A stretch of 39,992 nt of DNA, taken from Promethearchaeota archaeon (lineage in GTDB: Archaea > Asgardarchaeota > Lokiarchaeia > Sigyniarchaeales > SOKP01). The stretch covers positions 1-39,992 of the forward strand of contig JAEOTA010000021.1 in NCBI GenBank assembly GCA_016840085.1, given 5' to 3'. Of this stretch, positions 1 to 10,719 are shown one piece after another; positions within the stretch are counted from its first letter, which is position 1, and the number at the start of each line of letters is the position of its first letter. The notes beneath the pieces are model-generated. The model worked only from the letters and a program-made list of their open reading frames with translations. It did not search any database and was not told the origin of the DNA. Position numbers and translations under genes: made by a program.

Positions 1-114
1 CAAAACTGTTTATCGCTGGAAATTAAGGTTCACTCTTTTATTTCGACTGGAAAACTATCAGAACAAAAGATTGAGATGCAAATTATGATCCAATCTTCTC
101 ACCAGCACTGAATT

Positions 115-564
115 TTGCACCCACTCCAAAATTTTTCTTTAAATACTCTCATAAATAATGGAATTAACCATAAAAAAAACCAATTTACAATAGTCAAAAA
201 TAAAAAAATGCGGAAAATTGGAATGAATGAAGAGGAATGTAATATAGTTATGGCTCTAAAAAAGTGTCTCACGGATTATGAGATATGTAAGGCTATTTTT
301 TTAAAACATGAATGCATAATTAGCGAAATTCAAACCGAGATCAATATAAAAAAGACAACATTGTATAATCATGTAGATAGGTATCATGATATGAATCTTA
401 TATACAAGGATTTTAGCAAAGGAAAACAAAGAAATGGGTCACGATTTATAATAATAGCAAGACCGAGATTGGAGAGAGTGCTTAAGGAATTCAGAAGGAT
501 TATTCTTGAGTTTACTAAGAAGATTTCTGATAATAATAAAATTTTTGATAACAAAATTGATTAA
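115..564 (+). CDS. Putative winged-helix transcriptional regulator (true start probably ATG 208 or 223)
   Basis: IISEIQTEINIKKTTLYNHVDRYHDMNLI resembles an ArsR/MarR-type HTH followed by a wing. Confidence 0.55.
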   Translation: MHPLQNFSLNTLINNGINHKKNQFTIVKNKKMRKIGMNEEECNIVMALKKCLTDYEICKAIFLKHECIISEIQTEINIKKTTLYNHVDRYHDMNLIYKDFSKGKQRNGSRFIIIARPRLERVLKEFRRIILEFTKKISDNNKIFDNKID

Positions 565-821
565 TTTTTAGATTCGAGTATAAAAAGTTGCGGATAGGAG
601 AAATTCTCATGGAAGAGAAATTAGATTTGACCAAAGAGTAATAAATTTTAAATATTGGTCTATTCTAATATATTACCAACTAAATAAAAATTTAATAGAG
701 AATAAAACGATAGGGTGTAAAAGGCAAGGAAAAATGAATAATTCTGTAAAAATTATGTAAAAAATAAATACTTCTTTTTATTCTTTAATTTTAACAATTG
801 ATAATATATAATTTTCTATAA

Positions 822-2909
822 ATGAGCCAATATATACTAAATCTTAAGCAAAAATACCATAATGAGCTTGTAGAGTTAATTTTCACACTTTCACCTTCAT
901 TTACAAAAAAAGAATTTAATAGGTTTCAGGATCATTTTTCAAAAAAAGCTAGTAAACTTGAAATTTCATTCGGGGATAAAAAGAGACTAACAACCATAGA
1001 ATTAAAGAAATATCAGAAAGCTATAGATAGATTTATTTATAATCGGAGAAAATTTGCCGAAATGCTTGAAGAAACAGAAATTTCTTATAGAAAAATCCCA
1101 TTTTTAAAAATGATCAAAAATTCTACACAAGATTTAAAAGAAAAAGAAAAACTTCTAAAAGAATATTTAGAAGAATATGATGATAAAAAAGAACTTGAAA
1201 AATTAGAAGAATTTACTTATTTAACAGAAGAAGAGAGAATTGGGCTAGCTAAAAATTTAAAAGATACTATCTTAAGACAACAATCTAAGACACAGAAAGC
1301 AATAGAAAAGAGTTTAGACCCAACAGAAACACATAATGAAACACTAAAGAAAGAGTTTATCGATATACAATGGAAAAGGTATCAAAGATTCTTTGATGTA
1401 AATCCCGTCTTTCACAAAATATTATCATCTATTCTTTCAGAATTCTTAGAAGATTATTTTCGAGATCAAAAAGTATTAGATGTAAAAAGTCATCTTATTT
1501 CAATAATTATTATTCGAAAATATGTAATTAAAAAATTAAAAGAGAAAGAAAAAGAGTTTAAAAAAGAATTATTAGAAAGGCTTAAAAATTCAAAATATCG
1601 TTCAGATAGCACTTCTCAAGATGAAGTAATGCCAAAGAAAATCTCATTTCTTAATTTTTTTGCATATATTTTAACTCAGTCAGATCTTAAGCTTAGATTT
1701 GAAAATTCTGAAATTATAATATCTTTTGATATAAAAACACTTTATAAGAATTTTTTTGATTTATTATCAAAATACTCTAATGTAGTCTTTAGCTTTCAAG
1801 AAGGATTTATAATAGATGAAAATCATTTCCTCTTAACTGATTTTAAAAGAAACCTATTAAAAAAAATTAATTCTGAATTAAAAAGATTCAATGAAAATAT
1901 ACTTATATATGAAGAAATTGAAGAAAAAACTGGAGTAAAATTTAACTTTAAACAAATAATAGAGCCATTTTTAGAAGATTTTACTCTAGAACATCCAGCA
2001 AAAATACCTAAACAAAGACCAAGCAAGCACACAATTATAGAGAGATATCACCTAAAAACAGTGATGCTGAGTTTAGGTATTATTATTATATGTATAGTTG
2101 GATTGTCTATTTTTTCTGCTCCTGATAAGACACAATTCATAGCACAAAAACATGATTCTGTTCAAATCGACTATACAGTGTGGGTATCAAATAAATCAAA
2201 GGAGTATGATGTATTAAATCCGATACTCGACATTACCTTATGGATTCGGATGATACCAATTACAGAAAATGATACTACAGGCATTATGTTAGGTCTGTAT
2301 AATAATTTACTTGGAAAAGAACTGTATTATGAAAGTGAGTTAAAATGGCTGGATAAATGTATTGATCAAAATCGGGATGGGATAGATGATATCACAAATA
2401 AAACTGCATTAACATATGGTAACAGTACAGATCAATACTTTAATACAGCATTAATGATCAGATTCAAAATACTTGATATTGAAAAAGCTCCAGATTATCA
2501 AGAATCTCCTTTTAATAGAGAAAAAGTGTTCGGATTTTTATCTTACATTTTTCAAATGGTATGGATTATCACTCTTCCCATATTGCTTATGCTTATACCT
2601 ATCTTTATCACCTTAATAATAGATTTTATTTCTCGACATCCAATAGATTTTCGAAAAATAAATATACGGGGTATAGACCTCCGAAAAACATTTTCTTTAT
2701 TTATCAAGTATGGGATTTTAATAGGTATTCTGGTATCTATTCCTTATATTGTGTTTGGAATTATTAAGCTGCAATATTCGCCAGCACTTCTTAAAATAAT
2801 ATGGATGGAAAATCCAGAAGAAATTATTGTTCTCATTGCCACATTTAGTATCCCGTCTATTATAGTAACTGCAATTATATACCTACTGCTCTATAAAAAA
2901 GTAAAGTAA
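822..2909 (+). CDS. Multi-pass membrane protein with charged N-terminal region and FKBP-like extracytoplasmic domain
   Basis: TM segment VMLSLGIIIICIVGLSIF, then DSVQIDYTVW...GIMLGLYNNLLG resembling FKBP PPIase motifs, a DQNRDG Ca-binding-like loop, and three C-terminal hydrophobic segments. Confidence 0.55.
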   Translation: MSQYILNLKQKYHNELVELIFTLSPSFTKKEFNRFQDHFSKKASKLEISFGDKKRLTTIELKKYQKAIDRFIYNRRKFAEMLEETEISYRKIPFLKMIKNSTQDLKEKEKLLKEYLEEYDDKKELEKLEEFTYLTEEERIGLAKNLKDTILRQQSKTQKAIEKSLDPTETHNETLKKEFIDIQWKRYQRFFDVNPVFHKILSSILSEFLEDYFRDQKVLDVKSHLISIIIIRKYVIKKLKEKEKEFKKELLERLKNSKYRSDSTSQDEVMPKKISFLNFFAYILTQSDLKLRFENSEIIISFDIKTLYKNFFDLLSKYSNVVFSFQEGFIIDENHFLLTDFKRNLLKKINSELKRFNENILIYEEIEEKTGVKFNFKQIIEPFLEDFTLEHPAKIPKQRPSKHTIIERYHLKTVMLSLGIIIICIVGLSIFSAPDKTQFIAQKHDSVQIDYTVWVSNKSKEYDVLNPILDITLWIRMIPITENDTTGIMLGLYNNLLGKELYYESELKWLDKCIDQNRDGIDDITNKTALTYGNSTDQYFNTALMIRFKILDIEKAPDYQESPFNREKVFGFLSYIFQMVWIITLPILLMLIPIFITLIIDFISRHPIDFRKINIRGIDLRKTFSLFIKYGILIGILVSIPYIVFGIIKLQYSPALLKIIWMENPEEIIVLIATFSIPSIIVTAIIYLLLYKKVK

Positions 2910-2921
2910 TAGGAAAAAAAA

Positions 2922-3977
2922 TTATAATATTACTCCTCCTACATCACAAAATGCTATGGTAAATATATCAGAACTCAATGAAGAATAATCCTGTAACCAC
3001 GAAGGCTCAGATCCAAAAGGGATATCCCAAGTAGGATCGAGGAAACACCACGAATCCTCAGGATAATAGGGATCAGAGGTGCCGAATCGCCATAATCTGC
3101 ATGTTGGATAGCTTAAAGAGAACGCACTTGTATCTTCGATATGAACTAGGCATGTGCCATGATAAAACGCTCCCAAAGAAGGATGGCTTGGATCATGGAA
3201 TAATGCTATTGCGGTTTCAAACCCGCATGATTCCAAGAATGCCGCATCAAGAATTGCTTGATCTTCACAATCCCCCATTGCTCGAAATGCGGTCTCCACA
3301 GAAAATTTAGCATAATCTAACCCAAAATATTCTTGCCCTACGGTAATATTTCCATCCCATTCATAATCGATCTCATCCACACACCATTGATGGGTGGTAT
3401 TAATATCTGTTAATTCATTTCCGGTTAGCCCCCTTCCTGCCCAGTTCGGTAGCCACTCATAAAACGTATAGTTCATGATATATTCACATAAATACATGGT
3501 ATTATTGCCAAATTTTAATGCATCAGAAAATGCATTGGATACATTAGTGAAGTAATTATGTTGCCCACTCTCATGAAGAATAACATCTCGATAAAACCAA
3601 GTAACTTCTTCCCAGTACGCCTTACTCGTAGCAGAAGCAACATAGATTGGCATATAAAATCGTCGTACTGCTTCGGCAAATAATCCATACTGTATAGGTA
3701 AAATTTGCTTTTTAATATAGGAACATACCGAAGTATATTGACTAAGGAGTTCTTGATAATCTTCAAAAGTAGAGTTGTAATCTCCTGTTAAAATCTGGTA
3801 ATCTTGCAATAATTGGTCATATTCTTCTGATAAATCATTGTACTTTTTTTGAGTATTCTGTAATTGAGGTGCTATGGTGAAATAAGTTATACTGAATGTT
3901 GCTAAATTCGTGCCAATTAACGCTATTAATATATACCTCAATATTTTTTTTGAAATTTTATTTTCAGTCTCATTCAA
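2922..3977 (-). CDS. Membrane-anchored transglutaminase-like cysteine protease
   Basis: N-terminal TM helix, coiled coil, GDCEDQAIL catalytic Cys motif, downstream His (FYHG) and Asp (FLDPT). Confidence 0.75.
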   Translation of the reverse strand: MNETENKISKKILRYILIALIGTNLATFSITYFTIAPQLQNTQKKYNDLSEEYDQLLQDYQILTGDYNSTFEDYQELLSQYTSVCSYIKKQILPIQYGLFAEAVRRFYMPIYVASATSKAYWEEVTWFYRDVILHESGQHNYFTNVSNAFSDALKFGNNTMYLCEYIMNYTFYEWLPNWAGRGLTGNELTDINTTHQWCVDEIDYEWDGNITVGQEYFGLDYAKFSVETAFRAMGDCEDQAILDAAFLESCGFETAIALFHDPSHPSLGAFYHGTCLVHIEDTSAFSLSYPTCRLWRFGTSDPYYPEDSWCFLDPTWDIPFGSEPSWLQDYSSLSSDIFTIAFCDVGGVIL

Positions 3978-4071
3978 TTACATCACAATTTTTCTCTTTT
4001 TTTTTTATTTTTTTTAAATTCTAATACATCAATACTCTTTTATATATTTAAACTAAAAAACTTGTAAAGGA

Positions 4072-4455
4072 TTATATCTCTTTTAGAACTCTCTCAACTG
4101 CTGAGATTAATGCTTGTTCCTGTGTGTGAGTTAAGGTTGTGTCAAATTCCCTATTATTTTCTAGTAGCATATCTTTGAAGCTTAGACCTTCAATTAACAT
4201 CTTCAGAAAGCCCTTTAATTTATTACGATATGTATTTAAATATGGTAATGCGGTTTCCTGTTCCTTATCTAATGTGTTAGTGAATTCATTGATGTTAGCA
4301 ATTAACATATCTCTAAATCCTAACCCATCGATAAACATTTTCAAGAAAAGTATCCATTTGTTATGCATGTTAGCAATGGAATTTATAATCTTATTTAGTA
4401 GTATTATTAGAATTGCTCTATATTTTCTTTTTGCTTTTGACATTTCCCTTTTCAT
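4072..4455 (-). CDS. Hypothetical protein with an internal 46-aa-period duplication
   Basis: FLKMFIDGLGFRDML...EQETAL and FLKMLIEGLSFKDML...TQEQAL. Confidence 0.6.
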   Translation of the reverse strand: MKREMSKAKRKYRAILIILLNKIINSIANMHNKWILFLKMFIDGLGFRDMLIANINEFTNTLDKEQETALPYLNTYRNKLKGFLKMLIEGLSFKDMLLENNREFDTTLTHTQEQALISAVERVLKEI

Positions 4456-4766
4456 CCATCTGAAATAGTTATTAATTCATTTACTATCTTACATTCGTAA
4501 TTTTGATCTGTAGGAATTAGGTATAAAGGAAAAATATTTGAAAATGAATTATTAAGTAAGTAATCAATATGCCAATGAGTCTTTTTATTCATTGAAGATA
4601 GAGAGTGTCTTTTTACACGATTCCTTAAAGTTGATGATCCTGAATTTCCTAATGCAGATCCTATATATAAATAATAGCCTTTACTGAATAGGATCTTGTC
4701 TAAAGAACCGATTTGTATAATAATATTTTCATGTAAACATATAACCAAAATATAAGATCCTTTCAT
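4452..4766 (-). CDS. GIY-YIG (DUF123/Uri-like) nuclease, apparently C-terminally truncated
   Basis: KGSYIL, KGYYLYIGSA, RVKRH, HWHIDYLL and YEC motifs present; the family's C-terminal FGSSDCxCxSHL-type motif is missing. Confidence 0.75.
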   Translation of the reverse strand: MKGSYILVICLHENIIIQIGSLDKILFSKGYYLYIGSALGNSGSSTLRNRVKRHSLSSMNKKTHWHIDYLLNNSFSNIFPLYLIPTDQNYECKIVNELITISDG

Positions 4767-4857
4767 TTATTTTTAAAATACCTAAATTTTAGACCTTTGA
4801 ATAAAGACAAAATAATTCTAGAAGAACAAGAACTAATCTTAGTTAAGAAATAAAAAT

Positions 4858-5376
4858 CTAATATAAATCTAATTTTTGATTTTTTTCTATTATTTTGTCT
4901 CGTATTATAAGTATTATTGAAACAGATTGAATGACTAATAATGAATATAATATTAAATCAATGAAAACACTAGCATGTATGTCAATTCCTAACCAATTTT
5001 GATACCAACAACCAGGATCTCCATCACTATACATTAAACAACTGGTAACTGCTAAATATACAATATGAAATCCTAATGATGCAAAAATTACTAAAATGCC
5101 TAAGAGAATCTGAATATAGAAACTTTTTTCGATTTTTAATTTTTTATTTGGAATAAGTAAATTTAATTCCTCTTTTGATGAGAGTTGAAGATTTTCTTGT
5201 TTTTTTTTTAGAATTAAATTTCTTAAAATATTATTTTCATTAATTAAATTGTGATTTTCCTTATGTAAATGATGATATTTTTGGAATAAATCTTTATATT
5301 TATTATCTTGCTTATTTAAGTTGTAATCATTTTGTTTTGGTTCCACATTACTAGGGTTGAACTCTGTATCCCTCAT
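4858..5376 (-). CDS. Hypothetical membrane protein (coiled coil plus 2 TM)
   Basis: N-terminal coiled-coil heptads and two hydrophobic segments. Confidence 0.6.
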   Translation of the reverse strand: MRDTEFNPSNVEPKQNDYNLNKQDNKYKDLFQKYHHLHKENHNLINENNILRNLILKKKQENLQLSSKEELNLLIPNKKLKIEKSFYIQILLGILVIFASLGFHIVYLAVTSCLMYSDGDPGCWYQNWLGIDIHASVFIDLILYSLLVIQSVSIILIIRDKIIEKNQKLDLY

Positions 5377-5469
5377 GATTGATGCTCTGATTCTATATTA
5401 TTAAATTCTTAGAAAAAATTTGGTAATTTCAAGAGATTCAATTCATTCATAAAAAGAAAAATCCATTTT

Positions 5470-6678
5470 TTATCTATTACACTTTTTACTTTTTGGATCT
5501 CGTAATATAAATACACCCTTCTCTATATCATCTAAACATATTACATTTTGACCAAAACATAAGAAGCAGGGCGCCGCTCTTGCTTTCTGGCAATTAATAC
5601 AATAATCCTCTTGTTTATATTCTTTATTAATAGGTTCTTTGATTCTATTGTTGGAAATACTATTATACAATTTTTCATTCTTGTGGATTTTAGGTTTCTC
5701 AAATTGCAGTAGCGTTAAATTTTCTTGGCGAGGTGTTAAAGAGGCTTCTTTTTCTGTTAAAATTTGGACATATTTATTTTTATCTTTATTATCAATATGT
5801 TCAGTTTCTTTATGAGGTATATTAAGAGTTGGTTTTCCTACATTTGTTCTATGTTTACCATTTTTCTCTGAAGGTTTCGTAGAGACTGGAGATAGGTTTC
5901 TTAATTTTTTCTTTATTACTTGGTTATTTTCTATTTTTCTTAATTCCTCTAATAGTTGGTTTTGTGTTATTTTTCCTCTTTTTAAGGACTCAATTGTCTT
6001 AGAACTAAACTTATTATCAAGTAGTGCTTCTCCTATACGTGCTTTAACATACATGGTTCTTCTTGCTAATCCTAAAATCTCATGGTAGGTTTCTACAAAC
6101 GAATTTGTGTTATTGGTATGTGATGGAACTATAAGTGCATTTGATGCACTTATGAGTTTGTGATCTTGATTTTTAACTGAGGAACGTATGTATTTTCCTT
6201 TTTTTGTCTCTGGATGATCTTTTTCATGTAATCTTTTAAAACGAGCAATCCCTATATAAGACTCATAATCGTTAAAGTCTTTTCTACAAAAATTCTCCTC
6301 TAATTCTAATTCTAGTGCTTCTTTTTCTGTAAGATCATCCAATATGGCTGAGATTTTTTCCCAACCGAGCTCAACAGCTATACAAAAGCGATAAAATCCC
6401 TCAACCAATTCATTATTCTTGTTCAGAGAAATTGGATTCCTTAAACCAAATTTAATCATTGATTTTTTTAATGCTATGTAGGTTGGTTCCTTTCTAAAAT
6501 CACCGAATTCCTGTCTAACTCTATTCTGTGGATTTACTTTTACATCAACAACTCTGACCTGTCTAATTATTAGATTTTTCTTAGGATACGACTGATATTG
6601 ATTGTTCTCTTTTCTCTCACTTTTAAAATCTTTCACTTCTCTGTCCATCTTTTCTCTTAATTTTGTAGTTATTTTCAT
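5470..6678 (-). CDS. ParB/Srx-like N-terminal domain protein with HTH region and C-terminal Cys cluster
   Basis: LKKSMIKFGLRNPISL...LVEGFYRF...LELEENFCRKDF matches ParB/Spo0J motifs; C-terminal CINC...CFLC. Confidence 0.75.
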   Translation of the reverse strand: MKITTKLREKMDREVKDFKSERKENNQYQSYPKKNLIIRQVRVVDVKVNPQNRVRQEFGDFRKEPTYIALKKSMIKFGLRNPISLNKNNELVEGFYRFCIAVELGWEKISAILDDLTEKEALELELEENFCRKDFNDYESYIGIARFKRLHEKDHPETKKGKYIRSSVKNQDHKLISASNALIVPSHTNNTNSFVETYHEILGLARRTMYVKARIGEALLDNKFSSKTIESLKRGKITQNQLLEELRKIENNQVIKKKLRNLSPVSTKPSEKNGKHRTNVGKPTLNIPHKETEHIDNKDKNKYVQILTEKEASLTPRQENLTLLQFEKPKIHKNEKLYNSISNNRIKEPINKEYKQEDYCINCQKARAAPCFLCFGQNVICLDDIEKGVFILRDPKSKKCNR

Positions 6679-6774
6679 GGGTTAAAAATTACTTTCTTAA
6701 TCCTTTTTTATATACTTATAAGTATTTATGTAGCACACCATATATTAATGATAAGCAATACATATAAACTTTCA

Positions 6775-6807
6775 TACTATACCTGTATAGTAAATATATA
6801 GTATTTT
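6775..6807. promoter_or_regulatory. Palindromic 33-bp element, copy 1 (putative RHH operator/promoter)
   Basis: TACTATAC-CT-GTATAGTA followed by AATATATAGTATTTT; 32/33 identical to 13008-13040. Confidence 0.65.
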
Positions 6808-6821
6808 CAAAACCAAGAATT

Positions 6822-7190
6822 TTAATCAAGATTATTATTAACTCCATTAATATCTATATCTTTTATCCTCTCTGGGATGTTCTCGTCAGTTTTTTCCTGA
6901 GCTAATTGGGCCATTTGATAATTAAGCCTAATCAATTCTTTTGCAATTTTTCGCGTCCCATCAATAACCGCTTCAGAATGGCTTCGATAAACCTCTCTTG
7001 GTTCGCTAAAATTAAGATTCATCTCTACAGGAGCACTTGGAATTTCAAGTTCTTTATATACTTGGGTAATTAAAATTTGCTGGAAATAAGTAGGAAAAAA
7101 AATTAGTAATAAAACTACAATAAATAAAGTAGGTTTAAGCATTATCTTTAATTTAGTCCACCTTCTTGGAAAAGAGGGCCAATCTTTCAT
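6822..7190 (-). pseudogene. Chimeric ORF: N-terminus of a membrane/secreted protein joined to the C-terminal half of an RHH paralog
   Basis: YRSHSEAVIDGTRKIAKELIRLNYQMAQLAQE is near-identical to 13079..13306; the N-terminus is an unrelated hydrophobic segment. Confidence 0.65.
6895..6991. repeat. Diverged direct repeat of ~13128-13224 (RHH coding segment)
   Basis: Near-identical DNA with mostly synonymous differences. Confidence 0.85.
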
Positions 7191-7253
7191 TGATTTCCAA
7201 TTTTTTTTAAAATAATGAATTCTTTCTCTAATTTTCGTATACTTCTTTATTCG

Positions 7254-7487
7254 TCACTTTTTATGGCTTTTAACATTTTTTAACAGTCTTGAATACTCTC
7301 GCAAGCCCTTAAAGAAAATGAAAGTTGAAATTCCAGTAATTCCAATAATTATAATAATGAAGATAGGAAGTAAATAATCAATTAAAGGTCTAGGTATTTT
7401 AAATTTAAAGGAGTCATTGTAAAAAATCTTTGTATTCTTAGCGTAATCTCTCAAAATAATTAGATAAGAATACTTACCAGGTTTCAA
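7254..7487 (-). pseudogene. C-terminal fragment of a surface protein (Ig-like end plus TM anchor)
   Basis: PGKYSYLIILRDYAKN followed by hydrophobic anchor and basic tail; abuts the truncated propeller ORF in another frame. Confidence 0.5.
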
Positions 7488-8137
7488 CTTATCAATACTA
7501 AATGTAAATTTGATTTTCCTGTAATAAAAATATTATTAGAGTTATTAATAGCAATTCCGTATCCAACATCAGTCTCAGATGTGCTATAGATTTTATCCCA
7601 TTCCAATAAATAAGAAGTATTATATTTCAATACAACAATATCTTCAGAAGAAGAAAATGAATTAGTATATCCGCAAATGTAAATAAAATTTGAGTCACAT
7701 TTTATATCATATCCTACATCCGAATATTCTCCTCCCCATGTTATATTCCTTTGTAAATTCCCAAAAGAATCATAAGATAATAAAAAAATATCATCACTTC
7801 CACATACTCCATAACTGGCAGTTCTTCCGACCATATAAATTTCTGCTGAGGTGGAATTAATATCTAACACATAAACATAATCATTAAGCTCACCTCCCCA
7901 CGAAGTATTCCATATCATGCTTCCTAATGAATTATACTCGCATAATAATACATCATACGCATTTTTAGAAGAATTAAATATATTTCCTATGACATATATA
8001 TTATGATTGTCATCGGATATAACATCTCGACCAATTGTCTGATCAGTTTCAAACAAGTCTTCCCAATCAAATTTTGACGAAAAATGGGGAATATCTTGTG
8101 TCTTAACCACAGAATCCAGACACACTATGATACCCAT
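7484..8137 (-). CDS. Beta-propeller (SBBP-like) repeat protein, truncated
   Basis: Repeats WNTSWGGELND / NITWGGEYSDVGYDI / NIYVIG, EIYMVG, FIYICG, NIFITG; ends abruptly mid-repeat. Confidence 0.7.
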   Translation of the reverse strand: MGIIVCLDSVVKTQDIPHFSSKFDWEDLFETDQTIGRDVISDDNHNIYVIGNIFNSSKNAYDVLLCEYNSLGSMIWNTSWGGELNDYVYVLDINSTSAEIYMVGRTASYGVCGSDDIFLLSYDSFGNLQRNITWGGEYSDVGYDIKCDSNFIYICGYTNSFSSSEDIVVLKYNTSYLLEWDKIYSTSETDVGYGIAINNSNNIFITGKSNLHLVLIS

Positions 8138-8534
8138 TAAACACTTCTGGATTTATTATCCAACGTTTTAGGTTCCTTTCCTGAAAATAAACTTGAGGTT
8201 GTGAATTATGTTTTACTAACCTTGCATCAGTATTTATATCAGGATCCTGTGAGATATGTCTAAAGATATTATCTCTAAAAATAGGAGTAATAGTTAAAAA
8301 TAGAAATCGCATTATACCCATTACATAATTGTGCCTCTTTAAACAAATTTATAGAAATTTGTAAAGAAAAAAGGGGATTTTGTGATTATAAAATTCTTAT
8401 AAATTTAAGATACTCTGAACTAAGACACAATAGTATATATAAGGGAAATTATCTTTCTCTATTATTAGCAACAAACATATTTTTCAACTATTAGTAAGAA
8501 AAATCTGTGTGAAATATACTTAAGAGGGAATAAA

Positions 8535-8936
8535 TTGTCAAAAATAGGATTAAGTATAAGTATGATTGGAGGCATTTTGTTCTTTGCTTTAACGTATTTT
8601 TTTGCGAGACATTATTATAGTATGTGGTCATATGGAGAGGTAGGTGTCATAGGTTTTCTTTTTTATCTTTTTATTAATGGGGGTGCTATCGGTGGATCAA
8701 TTTTAGGATTTAGAGGTAAAAGAATTGGTTATTATATTTGCTTATCCGGAGGAATCAGTTTTCCCATACTGTGGTCATATTTTTATGGTAGTCCATATTA
8801 CTTTCTTTATAGTTTTTTTGAAGGGTTTATTGATGCATTTTACATTTCACTCCCAATGTTACTATTATTTATCGGTGGTATTACCAGTTTTATAGAATGG
8901 CGAATGGAACTAAAAAAAAATGATTTAATCTTTTGA
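8535..8936 (+). CDS. Hypothetical 4-TM membrane protein
   Basis: Four hydrophobic Gly/Phe-rich segments; GAGGGA upstream of the TTG start. Confidence 0.65.
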   Translation: MSKIGLSISMIGGILFFALTYFFARHYYSMWSYGEVGVIGFLFYLFINGGAIGGSILGFRGKRIGYYICLSGGISFPILWSYFYGSPYYFLYSFFEGFIDAFYISLPMLLLFIGGITSFIEWRMELKKNDLIF

Positions 8937-9750
8937 AAAAAAATAATTTTGCACAAATTGTATAGGGTATATGATTGCTCCCCATATTTCTAAAGGATCT
9001 CAGTATATCATATCAAGTACTTCAGAATATTTTAAATAAAAATAGAAATGTTCAACAAATTATATTTCTATCACACCTTACTCAATACAAATTCCTAATT
9101 TAAATATCAATTTTTTTATTAAAATCATATCCATTAGTTTAATGCTTCTTCTCTTGAAAAGAATTTTTTATACAATTTATCTGTTTTTTCGGGTCTTATC
9201 GGTATGTCCTTAAGCACATGCATAATACCAAATGTGATAAAATCCTCTATTTGAAAATATAGCTTTCAATATTTTTTTCTTACTCAAATGCACTTTTGAA
9301 ATAATATTACTAAAATACGTTTAAGATTTTGAAAATAGGGGTTTTTTCATATTTCATTAATTTTTCTTTATTGTTATTCTCATGGAGAAGTAAATATGAT
9401 TCTATTGGGATATCATTTCTTACAAGATTTAATAATATTTTTTTTAGAGATTATTAGTCTTCAAAAATTCCAAAAAAACATTATTTTATAATGTAAAATA
9501 ATTTTTACATGCAGAAATTGTTTTTTCCATTTCTCACTATAATATTTCAATAGCTAGTTTAAAAATTTGTTCTTTAGATGGTTCATAAATTTTTTCTGAT
9601 AAAACCATTGCTTTATTTTCTTCATCTAAATTTATATATTCCATCAATTACAAGAAGTTTTGAAAGATATCTACCTCTTAGATAAATGGACGATGGGAGA
9701 AACTAAAATAAACATATCTTATTATCAAATTCTAAAATAATAAGAGAGTT

Positions 9751-10341
9751 CTACTCGTTGGTCCTAGTGTTCGAATATAGTTTTCCTAACAAAATCTGTT
9801 CCCGCAGATTTCTTCTGCTTTTCACTATTATGGCAATCATTATTAAACCCATAATCACATTTTCCAGAATTTTTGCATATAGGTATCCCAAGCTCATTTT
9901 TCCCTCTAAACCAAAAGCAAGAATTAGTATCCCAACGAAATCATAGGGATCAACAAATGGCCATAATATGGGATTGAATAGATGTGTTAGAATATCCAAG
10001 AGAATATGGAATACATTTCCAAGCATACATGATAATACAAGAACAGGAGTTAATCTACATACATCTTTTACTTTTACTCTATCGAGGCCAAAAAGTTTAG
10101 AAGTCAGAATCGGATACAGAGAGACTGTTACAAATGTCGAGATGATTGTTCCAATAGTAACCGCACCAATTAAACTATGCAAGATAAGATGATCTGGTAG
10201 AATTCCATGGAAGAAGATAAATAGAATTGGTACCTCGATATCCGGTATAAAAGAACCGACAATTAATCCCGGTAAATTTAACCTTTTGTCGAGTTTTGAT
10301 AGTCCCCACGCAAGAGGATAGTGAAGTGGTGTTAGTGGAAT
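9751..10341 (-). CDS. DUF4184-like membrane-bound metal-dependent hydrolase (starts at ATT)
   Basis: Frame extends 53 codons upstream of the listed ORF: IPLTPLHYP...GSFIPDIE...HSLIG...HILLD; in-frame TGA just upstream. Confidence 0.7.
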   Translation of the reverse strand: MPLTPLHYPLAWGLSKLDKRLNLPGLIVGSFIPDIEVPILFIFFHGILPDHLILHSLIGAVTIGTIISTFVTVSLYPILTSKLFGLDRVKVKDVCRLTPVLVLSCMLGNVFHILLDILTHLFNPILWPFVDPYDFVGILILAFGLEGKMSLGYLYAKILENVIMGLIMIAIIVKSRRNLREQILLGKLYSNTRTNE

Positions 10342-10719
10342 TTTTAATCACTCTTAATAATATTTTTTTTTTAAAAATATCTACCTAATTTTTATATTTA
10401 TTATGTTTTTGAATATATGTAAGAAGTTATAAAATGATTTTTGATTTTGAATTAAGTTAAAATTATTTAAGAAAAAATGATTAAAAGAGAGATGTTACAT
10501 TGGATTTTAGATCTTAATGATAATTGTTATTAATAATCCTCTAAAATTAATTGTACAAAATTCAGATAATGTTCACAAACCTTATAATAATAAAGAAGAT
10601 AAATAAAACACGTGAAATTTTTTAGTAAAAAACCTTTCCTCAAACCATTTTGAAAATTTTATTAAATGTAAAAAACAATTAAATTTTTGGAGGATCAATA
10701 TAATCCTTCTTTAGATTGG

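Noticed and set aside
1-111. Possible transposase tail (KTVYRWK in frame 2)
   Set aside because: Too short to support and no terminal repeat identified
8103-8321. 72-aa ORF upstream of the propeller gene
   Set aside because: No recognisable features; may be a fragment or spurious
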